Of a stretch of DNA of 41,236 nt, positions 1 to 9,421 are shown one piece after another (position 1 is the stretch's first letter; each line of letters begins with the position of its first letter). The notes beneath the pieces are model-generated. The model searched no databases and was not told where the DNA came from. It was given only the letters and a program-made list of their open reading frames with translations. Source of the stretch: Rhodospirillaceae bacterium (lineage in GTDB: Bacteria; Pseudomonadota; Alphaproteobacteria; Rhodospirillales; UBA2165); contig JABIIH010000286.1 in the NCBI GenBank assembly GCA_018649245.1, forward strand, positions 1 through 41,236, given 5' to 3'. The position numbers were made by a program, and so were the translations under genes.

Positions 1-1665
1 CATATTGGTCGAGCGGTACATGGTGCAGCGCTCACTATCGGGCTTCCAGGTTTCGTAGCCGTTAAAAATCACTTTATCACCGTACGGGATGGCGCCGCAG
101 GGACATTCGCGGGCGCATTTAACACATTTGGAGCAAAACTTCTGGACGCCAAAATCAATTGGCTGGTCGGGCGTTAACGGCATATCGGTGGTCAGCACGG
201 CAGTTTTAAAGCGCATGCCGAGAAATGGATTAATGGCGCTTTCGCCGACCCGACTTTGCTCACCGCATCCGGCTGCCAAGACCATCGGCACATGCAGAAC
301 GTGGCTGTCGAGATTGCTGTGGGCGCGGGCGCCGTAGCCCATTTGCCGGATCATTTCCGCCATCACGCCGACGATCTCACCGCCTCGCAAATAAGCCCGC
401 ATCGATTGCGAGCCGGATATCCAGTCATTACCGCTGGCGCCCAAAAACGTCTCATAGCCCTGGTCAATCAACACCACCAAACCGTATTTGTGATAAGGCT
501 CAATCGGCTGGCCGCGCTTATCGTGAGAGTACCAGCAATAATCTGGAATTTCACAAATGCCGGTGATCACCGAGCCCAAATAATGGCTGAGCGCTTTGAG
601 GGCTTTGCTGTTATCGCTGCCGTTCTCACTATCAGGCGCGGTGCCGGGTGCGGTCTGGCCTTCCTGTAAGGGTTTGATTGCCCAGCTTGGCCGGACGATA
701 CCTTGCGATACCGGGTGTTTCTGTGACCAGCGGTCGGCTTCACGCTTGGTTTTGCTACTGAGATCGCCCAAGGCACTGCGCATATACATATTGGCGCGGC
801 TCGGTACGCGGGGCACCTCGTCGTCGAATACTTCGGTGGTTAGGCGGTCGACGCGTTTCAAGGTTTCGACCGGATAGGGCCCGAGATGAGAGGGCCGCTT
901 CTTGACCCGCCAGCGTTCCAGGCCGGAAACCGCGCCGCTGAGACCGAGCTGATAGTTGAGATCACGGCCATTGCGGGCTGAACTATGGAGCGGCAAATCA
1001 ATGGCGAGGGCGTAATCGGTGGTGACCACAGCGACGGCAAACTTATCATCGACGTAAGGGTTGATCAGCTGGTCGCCATCTCTGATAGCGAGCCCTGCCA
1101 AGACCGTCACCATATCCAAATCAATATCGGTCGCGCCAGTCCAGTGAACTCGGCTTTGAAATCCCATCGAGGAAATCTGACCGCTGTTATCAATGGCGAT
1201 TTCAGCGGCGCGCAAGGTCGCCAATAAGTGCTCGTTGCCGGCCACCCAGGCGGCAGCTTTGTTATCGGCATCTATCGGATTGCTGTACTCAACCAGTACG
1301 ACGACGGCATGGCTGTGTGAGGAGTTGGCATTGTCGAGCCTGGCGTTTGCCGGTATTTCGCAAATCCCCACCATTGAAGCATCGAGAAAATAGCCGGCCC
1401 CTTTGATGTCGGTACTGCGACGGGCGAGGTCATCCGGCACCGGTGCTTTTTGGTGGAAGGGTTCGGGCTGCCGTAGTTTTTCAAAGGCGTTCAGATGAAT
1501 GTTGGTGCCGTCGATAAGATATTTATTTTCCCCAACCGGCATGGGACCCGGAGAAGTTGCGGCGCGCGTCGCCTCGGTCTCAATGACAGCAGCATCGCGG
1601 CGCAACCGTTCCAGCGGATAGGGGCCGAGCTCAACCGGCCGGGTGCGGCGTTTGCTGTTCAACAT
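1..1665 (-). CDS. Reductive dehalogenase-like protein (RdhA family, cytoplasmic catabolic type), N-terminal 555 aa; C-terminus lies beyond the window start
   Basis: Not in the supplied ORF track because it has no in-window stop. My reverse-complement translation from ATG 1665-1663 (GGAG 8 nt upstream) stays open to base 1: MLNSKRRTRPVELGPYPLERL...FCSKCVKCARECPCGAIPYGDKVIFNGYETWKPDSERCTMYRSTNM. It has a CxxCxxCxxxCP ferredoxin motif near the end and two tandem homologous halves. All listed ORFs in 89-1728 are short and overlapping. Confidence 0.75.
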   Translation of the reverse strand, partial: MLNSKRRTRPVELGPYPLERLRRDAAVIETEATRAATSPGPMPVGENKYLIDGTNIHLNAFEKLRQPEPFHQKAPVPDDLARRSTDIKGAGYFLDASMVGICEIPANARLDNANSSHSHAVVVLVEYSNPIDADNKAAAWVAGNEHLLATLRAAEIAIDNSGQISSMGFQSRVHWTGATDIDLDMVTVLAGLAIRDGDQLINPYVDDKFAVAVVTTDYALAIDLPLHSSARNGRDLNYQLGLSGAVSGLERWRVKKRPSHLGPYPVETLKRVDRLTTEVFDDEVPRVPSRANMYMRSALGDLSSKTKREADRWSQKHPVSQGIVRPSWAIKPLQEGQTAPGTAPDSENGSDNSKALKALSHYLGSVITGICEIPDYCWYSHDKRGQPIEPYHKYGLVVLIDQGYETFLGASGNDWISGSQSMRAYLRGGEIVGVMAEMIRQMGYGARAHSNLDSHVLHVPMVLAAGCGEQSRVGESAINPFLGMRFKTAVLTTDMPLTPDQPIDFGVQKFCSKCVKCARECPCGAIPYGDKVIFNGYETWKPDSERCTMYRSTNM

Positions 1666-1717
1666 TGCTTTCTCTCCTCTGGTCGATCACTCGTATTGCC
1701 CGAGTATTCAAAAAATG

Positions 1718-1731
1718 ATATCATATGATAT
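1718..1731. promoter_or_regulatory. Perfect 14-bp palindrome ATATCATATGATAT, candidate MarR operator in the divergent promoter region
   Basis: Read directly. It lies in the 92-nt gap between the rdhA-like start (1665) and the preferred MarR start (1758). Dyad symmetry and size fit a winged-helix dimer site. Function is inferred only. Confidence 0.4.
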
Positions 1732-1757
1732 TAATTTTAGCTAGAGGAATATTCTCG

Positions 1758-2219
1758 ATGCCATTTTCAGCCACACCTGCCGCTCAGCTAGGACCAAACG
1801 ATCACGTCCTAACGCTCTGTCACATGCTGGCCAACCGGATCGGCAAGGCCTTTGCGTCTGAGTTGGAAAACCAAGATATGACAGTCGCTGAATGGCGGGT
1901 GATGTTGACACTGGCGCAGCATCAAAACGCCTCGGGTCAAGAAATTACCGGCCGCTGGGCGATGGATAAAATGGCGGTCAACCGGGCGATCAGTAGTTTG
2001 GATCAGCGCGGGCTTATCAGGAAAATGCGCAGCAATGAAGATCGCCGCACGATTAATTTGCAGCTCACCGCAGCAGGCCGGAAAATGTATGACGCCTTGC
2101 TGCCGATGGCCAATGACCGCTACCATGAACTGCTGTCAGGTCTCGATAAAAATGAAGAAAAGCAGTTGCGCCAGACCTTGCTCAAATTAATCACCCATAC
2201 AGATTCACTTATTGACTAA
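1758..2219 (+). CDS. MarR family transcriptional regulator
   Basis: ORF track gives 1725..2219. I prefer ATG 1758 (AGAGGA about 10 nt upstream, MPFSATP...). MarR-type winged-helix block: VAEWRVMLTLAQHQNASGQEITGRWAMDKMAVNRAISSLDQRGLIRKMRSNEDRRTINLQLTAAG. Confidence 0.85.
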   Translation: MPFSATPAAQLGPNDHVLTLCHMLANRIGKAFASELENQDMTVAEWRVMLTLAQHQNASGQEITGRWAMDKMAVNRAISSLDQRGLIRKMRSNEDRRTINLQLTAAGRKMYDALLPMANDRYHELLSGLDKNEEKQLRQTLLKLITHTDSLID

Positions 2220-2273
2220 GTGGCTTAAACTTTCCCAGTATTAGGTTAGTGAACACCGGGGAAAGAAAACAAC

Positions 2274-3542
2274 ATGTCGCGATCTGACTACCGCCGTTAT
2301 ATGCCGACGCCTGAGACGGCGAAAGCGCGTGGTGAAACCGCACGGCAGCACGCCGCCAACATGGCCAAGATACCGCTGATCCAGAACATTCTGGCGGGCT
2401 GGCAGGAAATGTTCAATGAGCCGTTCAAAGGCCTAACCACAGACGGCACGATTATTCCCAATTTATTTAAACTGGCGCCCGAGAGTGCACCAGTCGAGCC
2501 CGCCATTATCGCCGCCAATCATTTGCTAAGTGAACTCACTGATGAGCAAAAGGCTGCCGCTGTCTTTGATCTGCACTCAAAGCAATGGCGCAACTGGCAG
2601 AACACCGAAATCTATCTGGAAGATTATGGGCTGCGGCTGGCCGAAGTTTCTGACACCGTGCGCGAAGCCATTCTCGAAATCATGCGCGCCAGTTTGAGCG
2701 CCAGTGGCTTTGACAAAACCCGTGGCGTCATGAAGCTCAACGGCTTTCTCGGTGAGCTGGTAAAAAGCCCCGCGATCTTGGGCGAATTTTCCTACCTCTT
2801 CAATTTGTTCGGCACACCGTCCTCGAGTGAGCCCTGGGGCTGGCAAATCTTTGGTCATCATTTGGCCCTCAACTGTGTTTTTATCGGTGGTCAAATGACC
2901 GTCACGCCAACCTTCATGGGGGGCGAACCCTGCATGGCCGATACCGGACCGTTGACGGGCTTGAGTATTTTTGATGATGAGGAACGTCTCGGCCTTGAAT
3001 TGATGCGGTCTTTTTCAGCAGACCAGCAGGCCCAGGCTTCGATGGCTAATTCGATGGTCGGCGGTGATCTGCCGGAAGGCCGCCGCATCCATCATGACGG
3101 GTTGCATTTGGGTGGTGCTTATTGCGACAACCGGATCGTACCTTATGAAGGTTTGCGGGGCGATGATTTCTCTAAGCTACAACGCCGTAATCTGCTGGAT
3201 TTGATCGAGGAATATCTCGGCACCTTGCCGGCAGGACCGCTCGCCGCCCGGATGAGCGATGTCGAGCGTCACTTTGCTGAGACGCATTTTTGCTGGATTG
3301 GTCCCCGCGAATTGGACAGCGCCTTTTACTATCGCATCCAAAGCCCGGTGACGTTGATCGAGTTTGATCACCATGCTGGCGTGTTTTTGACTAATCCAAC
3401 ACCAATGAATTTTCATGTCCACACTTTGGTCAGAACGCCGAATGGCAATGATTTTGGCGTTGACCTTATTCGCCAGCACTATGAAAATGCCCCCCACCAT
3501 AAAAAACACCCGGGAGGGCATCACTTTCACGGGGAAGAATGA
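2274..3542 (+). CDS. DUF3500-like protein with His-rich C-terminal tail
   Basis: 422-aa ORF with GGGGAAAG upstream. The block WGWQIFGHHLALNCVF...TPTFMGGEP is what I recall as the DUF3500 signature. No signal peptide. Tail is APHHKKHPGGHHFHGEE. Family assignment is from memory. Confidence 0.6.
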   Translation: MSRSDYRRYMPTPETAKARGETARQHAANMAKIPLIQNILAGWQEMFNEPFKGLTTDGTIIPNLFKLAPESAPVEPAIIAANHLLSELTDEQKAAAVFDLHSKQWRNWQNTEIYLEDYGLRLAEVSDTVREAILEIMRASLSASGFDKTRGVMKLNGFLGELVKSPAILGEFSYLFNLFGTPSSSEPWGWQIFGHHLALNCVFIGGQMTVTPTFMGGEPCMADTGPLTGLSIFDDEERLGLELMRSFSADQQAQASMANSMVGGDLPEGRRIHHDGLHLGGAYCDNRIVPYEGLRGDDFSKLQRRNLLDLIEEYLGTLPAGPLAARMSDVERHFAETHFCWIGPRELDSAFYYRIQSPVTLIEFDHHAGVFLTNPTPMNFHVHTLVRTPNGNDFGVDLIRQHYENAPHHKKHPGGHHFHGEE

Positions 3543-3560
3543 GAATAGGGGAGCGAAACC

Positions 3561-5192
3561 ATGCTTGGCAAAATGATGGATATGCCGCTGACGATCACCT
3601 CACTGATCCAGCACGCAGCAAATTTTCACGGTGATACCGAAATAGTCTCACGCAGTATTGAAGGGCCCATTCACCGCTATACCTATAGTGATGCCTATCA
3701 ACGCGTGCAGAAAATGGCGAATGCGTTTATTGAATTAGGGGTTAAGCCGGGGGACCGGATCGCTACCCTGGCCTGGAACGGCTATCGCCACTTAGAGCTT
3801 TATTTTGCCACCTCCGGCATTGGAGCAGTCTGTCATACCATTAATCCCCGTCTGTTCGGCGATCAGATCGCCTACATCATCAATCATGCCCAGGATAAAA
3901 TCATCTTTGTCGATCTCAGCTTTGTGCCGGTCTTGGAAGGCATTAAGGACAAAATCGACAGCTCGGCAAAAATCGTCGTTATGACGGATCAGGAGCATCT
4001 GCCGGATTGCGAATTAGATGATGTTTTATGTTACGAGGATTTACTGGCCGGTCGATCCGATCATTATAACTGGCCGGACTTAAACGAAAATACGGCCTGC
4101 TCTCTGTGCTACAGCTCAGGCACAACCGGCAATCCAAAGGGTGTATTATTTAGCCACCGCTCCACAGTGCTGCATGCCTGGGCAGCTGTTGCAAAAGATA
4201 CTCTCGGCATTTCCGCTCAGGATGCAGTCTTGCCCGTAGTACCGATGTTCCATGTCAATGCCTGGGGCATCCCCTATGCCAGCGCCATGGCCGGCGCGAA
4301 ACTGGTATTTCCGGGTGCCGGTATGGATGGCGCCTCGGTCTATGAATTGCTTGATCAAGAAGAGGTTTCGTTTACCGCCGGCGTGCCGACGGTATGGTTG
4401 CTGCTGCTGCAATATTTGCAGGAAAGTGGCAACAAGCTGCCTCATTTGGAACGCATGGTGGTGGGTGGCGCCGCACTGCCGCCGTCAATTATCGAAGCAT
4501 TTGAAAATGACTATGGCTGTGATTGTGTGCATGCCTGGGGCATGACCGAGATGAGCCCGCTTGGCACCGTCGGTTATCTCAAGCGCAATATGAAAGATTT
4601 GAGCGCTGAAGAAAAGATGTCCTACAAAGTCAAACAAGGCCGGGCGGTCTATGGCGTCGAGATGAAAATCGTCGATGATGACGGCAACGAATTACCGCAT
4701 AATGGCCAGGATTTCGGCGAACTTGTGGTGCGGGGGCCCTGGATTACCAATGGCTATTTCGAAGATGACGAAGCCACGGCTGAATGCATTAATGATGATG
4801 GCTGGCTTCGTACCGGTGACGTCTGCACTATTGATGAGCGCGGGTTCATGCAAATTGTCGACCGCTCAAAAGATGTCATTAAATCCGGCGGCGAATGGAT
4901 CAGCTCCATTGAACTGGAGAACATCGCCGTCGGTCACGCCGATATTGCCGAGGCTGCTGTGATTGGTCTTTCTCACCCCAAATGGGATGAACGGCCACTG
5001 CTGATCTGCGTCAAAGCTGAAGGGGCCGTAGCCACAGGTGATAACGTGCTGAAATTTTTCAAAGGCAAAGTGGCCGATTTCTGGATACCCAATGAGATCG
5101 CTTTTGTCGACGAATTGCCACATACCGCGACGGGCAAACTTTTAAAGACGGAGCTCAGGAAACAATTTGCTGATCATACCTTTGCCGATTAA
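3561..5192 (+). CDS. AMP-dependent acyl-CoA synthetase/ligase (fatty-acid or aromatic-acid CoA ligase family)
   Basis: 543 aa. AMP-binding motif [34 protein letters not shown]. The N-terminus [15 protein letters not shown] resembles the clade that includes MMPA-CoA ligase-like enzymes (weak recollection). GGGGAG SD 8 nt upstream. Confidence 0.9.
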   Translation: MLGKMMDMPLTITSLIQHAANFHGDTEIVSRSIEGPIHRYTYSDAYQRVQKMANAFIELGVKPGDRIATLAWNGYRHLELYFATSGIGAVCHTINPRLFGDQIAYIINHAQDKIIFVDLSFVPVLEGIKDKIDSSAKIVVMTDQEHLPDCELDDVLCYEDLLAGRSDHYNWPDLNENTACSLCYSSGTTGNPKGVLFSHRSTVLHAWAAVAKDTLGISAQDAVLPVVPMFHVNAWGIPYASAMAGAKLVFPGAGMDGASVYELLDQEEVSFTAGVPTVWLLLLQYLQESGNKLPHLERMVVGGAALPPSIIEAFENDYGCDCVHAWGMTEMSPLGTVGYLKRNMKDLSAEEKMSYKVKQGRAVYGVEMKIVDDDGNELPHNGQDFGELVVRGPWITNGYFEDDEATAECINDDGWLRTGDVCTIDERGFMQIVDRSKDVIKSGGEWISSIELENIAVGHADIAEAAVIGLSHPKWDERPLLICVKAEGAVATGDNVLKFFKGKVADFWIPNEIAFVDELPHTATGKLLKTELRKQFADHTFAD

Positions 5193-5266
5193 GTTGCATT
5201 TATTCCATTATTGGTGATGATTGGAACCTATAAAATCAGTTTAATAAAATTCGGGGAGAATAATAA

Positions 5267-5935
5267 ATGTCGGAACAAATGATCAAGGTGACAGCGGAAG
5301 ATGGCAACACTTTCGATGCCTTTCGCGCGACACCGGATGGTGAGATAAAAGGCGGCTTGGTCGTCCTGCAGGAAATATTTGGTATGACCGATCAGCTCAA
5401 AAATGTGACGCGGTCCTGGGCAGCAGACGGCTACGATACCATCCTACCGGCGATGTATGACCGCATTAAGCCAAATAGTGTTATCGCTTTTGATGATATG
5501 GAAAATGCCCAAGGCATGATGAAGCAATTTGATCCTGATGGCGTGGTCGCCGATATTCGCGCCGCGGTGGCTGCAGTTGATGGTGGCAAGGGCGTTTCAG
5601 TGGTTGGGTTTTGCTGGGGCGGTGGTGCGGCTATGCGGATGGCGAGCACGCTCGATTTAACAGGCGCAATTTCATATTACGGCACGATGCTGGCGAACAA
5701 TGCAGCAGGCGGCGCCAATTGCGCGACTTTGTTCCATTTCGGTGAAACTGATCAACATTCACCACCTGAAATTATTGACGGTGTTAAGCAAAATATCCCG
5801 GATGCTGAATCCTATGTTTATGATGCCGGGCACGCCTTTGCCAATGACGCCAGGCCGAACTTTTATGTTGAAGATGCCGCCCTTTTGGCGCGCCAGCGAA
5901 GTCTCGAATTCTTAGACCGAATTCACGGGGCGTAA
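5267..5935 (+). CDS. Dienelactone hydrolase family protein (carboxymethylenebutenolidase-like)
   Basis: 222 aa. GLVVLQEIFG, nucleophile motif GFCWGG, C-terminal DAGHAF. Typical DLH size. Confidence 0.8.
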   Translation: MSEQMIKVTAEDGNTFDAFRATPDGEIKGGLVVLQEIFGMTDQLKNVTRSWAADGYDTILPAMYDRIKPNSVIAFDDMENAQGMMKQFDPDGVVADIRAAVAAVDGGKGVSVVGFCWGGGAAMRMASTLDLTGAISYYGTMLANNAAGGANCATLFHFGETDQHSPPEIIDGVKQNIPDAESYVYDAGHAFANDARPNFYVEDAALLARQRSLEFLDRIHGA

Positions 5936-5941
5936 AATCTA

Positions 5942-6835
5942 ATGGCTGATAGTGAGGCAGGGCCTTATAAGTCCTGCCAACCCCCGGATCCAAACCCGAA
6001 AAAACCACTAGCGACCTTGCCGCCCGGGGCCTGTGATGCGCATTGCCATATCTTTGGACCAGGCGATATATTCCCTTATCATCCGTCTCGTTCCTATACG
6101 CCGCCGGATGCCTCGCGCCAGACTTTAAAAAAGCTGCATGATTTCTTAGGTATCGAACGCGCGGTTATCGTTCAGGCGAGTTGCCACGGTCCTGACAACA
6201 CGGCGCTGCTGGATGCGATCGCACACAGCAACGGTAAGTATCGCGGTGTCTGCCATATCGATGAAAGCTACGGCGAAAAGGAACTGCAAGCGCTTCATGA
6301 CGGCGGCGTGCGCGGCGTGCGCTTTAATTTCGTCAAGCATCTGGGCGGCGCGCCGGATATCGACTTTTTGCGGCAGACGGTGAACGCCATCCGCGGTCTT
6401 GGCTGGCACTTGGTGTTGCATTTCGATGCCGCCGATTTGCTTGAGTACAAAGAACTACTCAGCGAGTTCAATATACCGATCGTGATTGATCACATGGGCC
6501 GCCCGGTTGCGGCAGAGGGCGTCGAGCAAGCGCCGTTCCAAACTTTGCTCGAATTTATGAAAGATGAAAATTACTGGGTCAAAGTCTGTGGCTCGGAACG
6601 AATATCGTCCGCCGGTGCACCGTTTCATGATGCTGTTCCCTTCGCTCAAAAGCTTATAGCGGTGGCGCCCGACCGGGTTATCTGGGGCACCGACTTCCCA
6701 CATCCTAATATCAAAGGAGATATGCCAAACGACGGCGATCTGGTAGATTTGATGGCGTTAATCGCTCCGGAAGAAAGCCAGCGGCAAAAATTACTCGTCG
6801 ATAATCCAGCGCGACTGTATGGCTTTGAAGGCTAG
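5942..6835 (+). CDS. Amidohydrolase-2 family protein (LigI / 2-pyrone-4,6-dicarboxylate lactonase-like)
   Basis: 297 aa. CDAHCHIFGP near the N-terminus, IDHMGRP, WGTDFPHP. These are the metal-independent lactonase-like amidohydrolase motifs as I recall them. Confidence 0.75.
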   Translation: MADSEAGPYKSCQPPDPNPKKPLATLPPGACDAHCHIFGPGDIFPYHPSRSYTPPDASRQTLKKLHDFLGIERAVIVQASCHGPDNTALLDAIAHSNGKYRGVCHIDESYGEKELQALHDGGVRGVRFNFVKHLGGAPDIDFLRQTVNAIRGLGWHLVLHFDAADLLEYKELLSEFNIPIVIDHMGRPVAAEGVEQAPFQTLLEFMKDENYWVKVCGSERISSAGAPFHDAVPFAQKLIAVAPDRVIWGTDFPHPNIKGDMPNDGDLVDLMALIAPEESQRQKLLVDNPARLYGFEG

Positions 6836-6840
6836 TTAAC

Positions 6841-7911
6841 ATGCAGAAATCCATTCCCTGCACGATGATGCGAGGTGGTACCTCGAAAGGGGCGTACTTC
6901 CTCAAATCAGACCTGCCTGAGAATGAGGCCGAGCGGGATCGGGTCCTGTTGTCGGTTATGGGCTCGCCCGATGACCGTCAAATCGATGGTCTCGGTGGAG
7001 CCAATCCGTTAACCAGTAAAGTCGCTATTGTCAGTAAGTCCGACGAGCCCGATGTCGATATCGATTATTTATTTGCCCAAGTCGTCGTTGATCAGCCGGT
7101 CGTCGGCTATGGCCAGAACTGCGGCAACATTCTGGCAGGCGTCGGTCAATTCGCTATTGAGAAAGGCTTGATTGAAGCGAACTCGCCAACAACGGAAGTT
7201 GCTGTCTTAATGCTCAATAGTGGTGACAAGGCTGTTGTGACCGTACCGACACCGAATGGCGAAGTGAGCTACGAGGGTGATGCCGAGATTGATGGTGTGC
7301 CGGGATGTGCCGCACCCGTGCCGTTAAACTTTCTAGAGACCGCCGGCTCGCTCTGTGGTGCTTTACTGCCAACTGGCAATGTGGTCGATGAAGTCGATGG
7401 CATCGAGTTGACGCTCATCGATAACGGCATGCCGGTCGTGGTTATGCGGGCCCGAGATTTCGGCGTCGAGGGCACTGAAACGGTCGATCAGTTGGAAGCC
7501 AATGAAGATTTGAAAAAACGCCTTGAGAGCATTCGTTTGCAGGTCGGGCCGCTGATGAATTTGGGCGATGTAACGGATAAAACCGTACCCAAAATGACGC
7601 TGGTATCCGCGCCCCAAAGTGGTGGCGTGATTTCCACGCGATCTTTTATCCCCCATCGCTGTCATTCGACCATCGGTGTGTTTGCTGCTGTGACCGTAGC
7701 GACGGCCTGTTTGATACCGGGCACACCCGCGGCTGAAATCGCCGGCGACTTAAGCACTGCCGGCCCGCAATTGCTGATCGAGCATCCCAGCGGCGCCATG
7801 GCCGTCGATATCGAGGTCGAGCAAAGCGACGGAGAGATCACGCTTAAACGCTCCGGCTTTATGCGCACAGCCCGCAAACTCTATGAAGGCCAGGTTTTTA
7901 TTTCTGAGTAG
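6841..7911 (+). CDS. PrpF family isomerase (4-oxalomesaconate tautomerase / LigU-GalD-like)
   Basis: 356 aa. N-terminal IPCTMMRGGTSKGAYFLKSDLP is the PrpF-family hallmark. Confidence 0.8.
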   Translation: MQKSIPCTMMRGGTSKGAYFLKSDLPENEAERDRVLLSVMGSPDDRQIDGLGGANPLTSKVAIVSKSDEPDVDIDYLFAQVVVDQPVVGYGQNCGNILAGVGQFAIEKGLIEANSPTTEVAVLMLNSGDKAVVTVPTPNGEVSYEGDAEIDGVPGCAAPVPLNFLETAGSLCGALLPTGNVVDEVDGIELTLIDNGMPVVVMRARDFGVEGTETVDQLEANEDLKKRLESIRLQVGPLMNLGDVTDKTVPKMTLVSAPQSGGVISTRSFIPHRCHSTIGVFAAVTVATACLIPGTPAAEIAGDLSTAGPQLLIEHPSGAMAVDIEVEQSDGEITLKRSGFMRTARKLYEGQVFISE

Positions 7912-7925
7912 AAGGAGTTTTTATT

Positions 7926-8531
7926 ATGCCGAGAGGTGTGATTGATATCGAAGGTATCCAGAGTGCGGAAATGCAGGCCTTGAAAAATCAAGTGACGCCG
8001 GGGGATATGCCATTCAATATTACTAAAATCGGTCATGTCGTTTTGCGCTGCACCGATATGGTGGCGTCCGTTAAGTTCTATACGGAGGTTCTGGGCTTTC
8101 GTGTTAGCGATGTATATCCAGACAGTATGATTGACGGCAAAATGGTGTTCATGCGCTGCAATAATGATCACCATGGAGTGGCGCTGGTCGGCGGCGCGAC
8201 GCATAAATCTGAAAACATCGAACTGCATCACATGGCGTTTGAAGTTGATAGTTTGGACGAAGTGATGCGGGCACGAGAACATCTCAACAAACATAATGTC
8301 GAAATCCTGTTTGAAGGCCGCCGCCGGGCCGGCGTGCAGATCGCAGTTGAATTTCTCGACCCCGATGGCCATTGGCTGGAAATATTTTGGGGCTTGGATC
8401 AGGTTGGTCCGACGGATAAAGCCCGCCCCCCGGAACAATGGGTGGAGGAATTTTCGCTCGAAGACGCCATCGACAGTGCGCCGGTCGGCCAAGACACCAC
8501 TTTGGCTGATCCCAGTTTGCTGAAAGACTAA
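7926..8531 (+). CDS. VOC superfamily, one-domain type I extradiol ring-cleavage dioxygenase-like
   Basis: 201 aa. Candidate His/His/Glu metal triad in IGHVVLRC, HHMAFEV, DPDGHWLEIF. AAGGAG SD 9 nt upstream. Confidence 0.75.
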   Translation: MPRGVIDIEGIQSAEMQALKNQVTPGDMPFNITKIGHVVLRCTDMVASVKFYTEVLGFRVSDVYPDSMIDGKMVFMRCNNDHHGVALVGGATHKSENIELHHMAFEVDSLDEVMRAREHLNKHNVEILFEGRRRAGVQIAVEFLDPDGHWLEIFWGLDQVGPTDKARPPEQWVEEFSLEDAIDSAPVGQDTTLADPSLLKD

Positions 8532-8537
8532 TTTAAG

Positions 8538-9416
8538 ATGACAAAAATTGCCTTTATCGGCTTTGGCGAAGCGGCTGGATTGTTAACCGATGGTCTAGCG
8601 GAGGCGGGCGCTGACGTTGCGGCGACGTTCGATATTCTTATCAACAATCCTGACAAAGCAATCGCGCATAAAGAAAAAGCCGGCAGCAAAGGCGTGCTGG
8701 CAGCAAAGGATGCCGAGCAGGCGGTACAAGCGGCTGATATTATAATTTCAGCTGTAACCTCAAAAGAAATTCTGATTGCCGCCAAAAATGTCGCACCGCA
8801 CCTAACCGCCAGTCAAATTTATATGGATATCAATTCAGCTTCGCCGGATGCGAAACAGGAGGCGGCTAAAGTGATTGAGGCAAGCGGTGCCGATTTTGTT
8901 GAGGCCGCCGTGATGGATCTGGTGCCGCCGCATGGTCATAAAGTGCCGATGTTATTGGCCGGTGCAAAGGCTGAGACACTGGCTGAGACCTTGAGCACCT
9001 ACGGCATGAACGTTAAAGCTATCGGTAGCGAAATCGGCAACGCATCATCAGTCAAGATGGTGCGGAGTGTCTTTATGAAGGGATTTTCGGCGATCCTGCT
9101 GGAAAGTTTGGTGGCGGCGCATAAACTCAATGCCGCTGATGCCGTGCTCGATTCTCTGCAAGTGACCTATCCTCAAATGAACTGGCATGAACTTGCGGGT
9201 AAATCGATGAGCCGCTTGATCCAGCATGCAAAACGCCAGTCTGAAGAGATGAGCTCGGTGGCGGCGACGCTTGAGAAGTTGGGTGTTGAGCCCATCACGG
9301 CCAAGGCGACCGGTGCTCGACTTGGCTGGCTCGCCGATTTAGAATTGGCTAAAGCCTCGGATAGCCTACCGGAAACTTATGATGAATTTTTGAAAATTCT
9401 CGACCAGCATAGTTAA
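8538..9416 (+). CDS. NAD(P)-dependent oxidoreductase (6-PGDH-type NAD-binding domain plus DUF1932-like C-terminus)
   Basis: 292 aa. Rossmann motif KIAFIGFGEAAG at the N-terminus. C-terminal half recalled as DUF1932-like. Confidence 0.7.
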   Translation: MTKIAFIGFGEAAGLLTDGLAEAGADVAATFDILINNPDKAIAHKEKAGSKGVLAAKDAEQAVQAADIIISAVTSKEILIAAKNVAPHLTASQIYMDINSASPDAKQEAAKVIEASGADFVEAAVMDLVPPHGHKVPMLLAGAKAETLAETLSTYGMNVKAIGSEIGNASSVKMVRSVFMKGFSAILLESLVAAHKLNAADAVLDSLQVTYPQMNWHELAGKSMSRLIQHAKRQSEEMSSVAATLEKLGVEPITAKATGARLGWLADLELAKASDSLPETYDEFLKILDQHS

Positions 9417-9421
9417 AAAGC

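Noticed and set aside
1636-1653. Possible twin-arginine (TAT) signal in the RdhA-like N-terminus (KRRTRP)
   Set aside because: The RR is not followed by a hydrophobic h-region or an AxA site (next residues VELGPYPLERLRRD are charged or polar). I read the protein as cytoplasmic.
89-1728. Nine short ORFs from the track (six plus-strand and three minus-strand, 63-137 aa) covering the first 1.7 kb
   Set aside because: They overlap one another, have low-complexity Arg/Ala/Pro-rich translations and no SD sites. All lie antisense to or out of frame with the 555-codon open minus-strand frame that has clear RdhA-like motifs.
7881-8492. 203-aa antisense ORF almost fully overlapping the extradiol dioxygenase gene
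   Set aside because: Its composition is Arg/His/Phe-rich, with no motifs and no SD. The plus-strand frame has a strong SD, VOC metal-ligand motifs and operon context.
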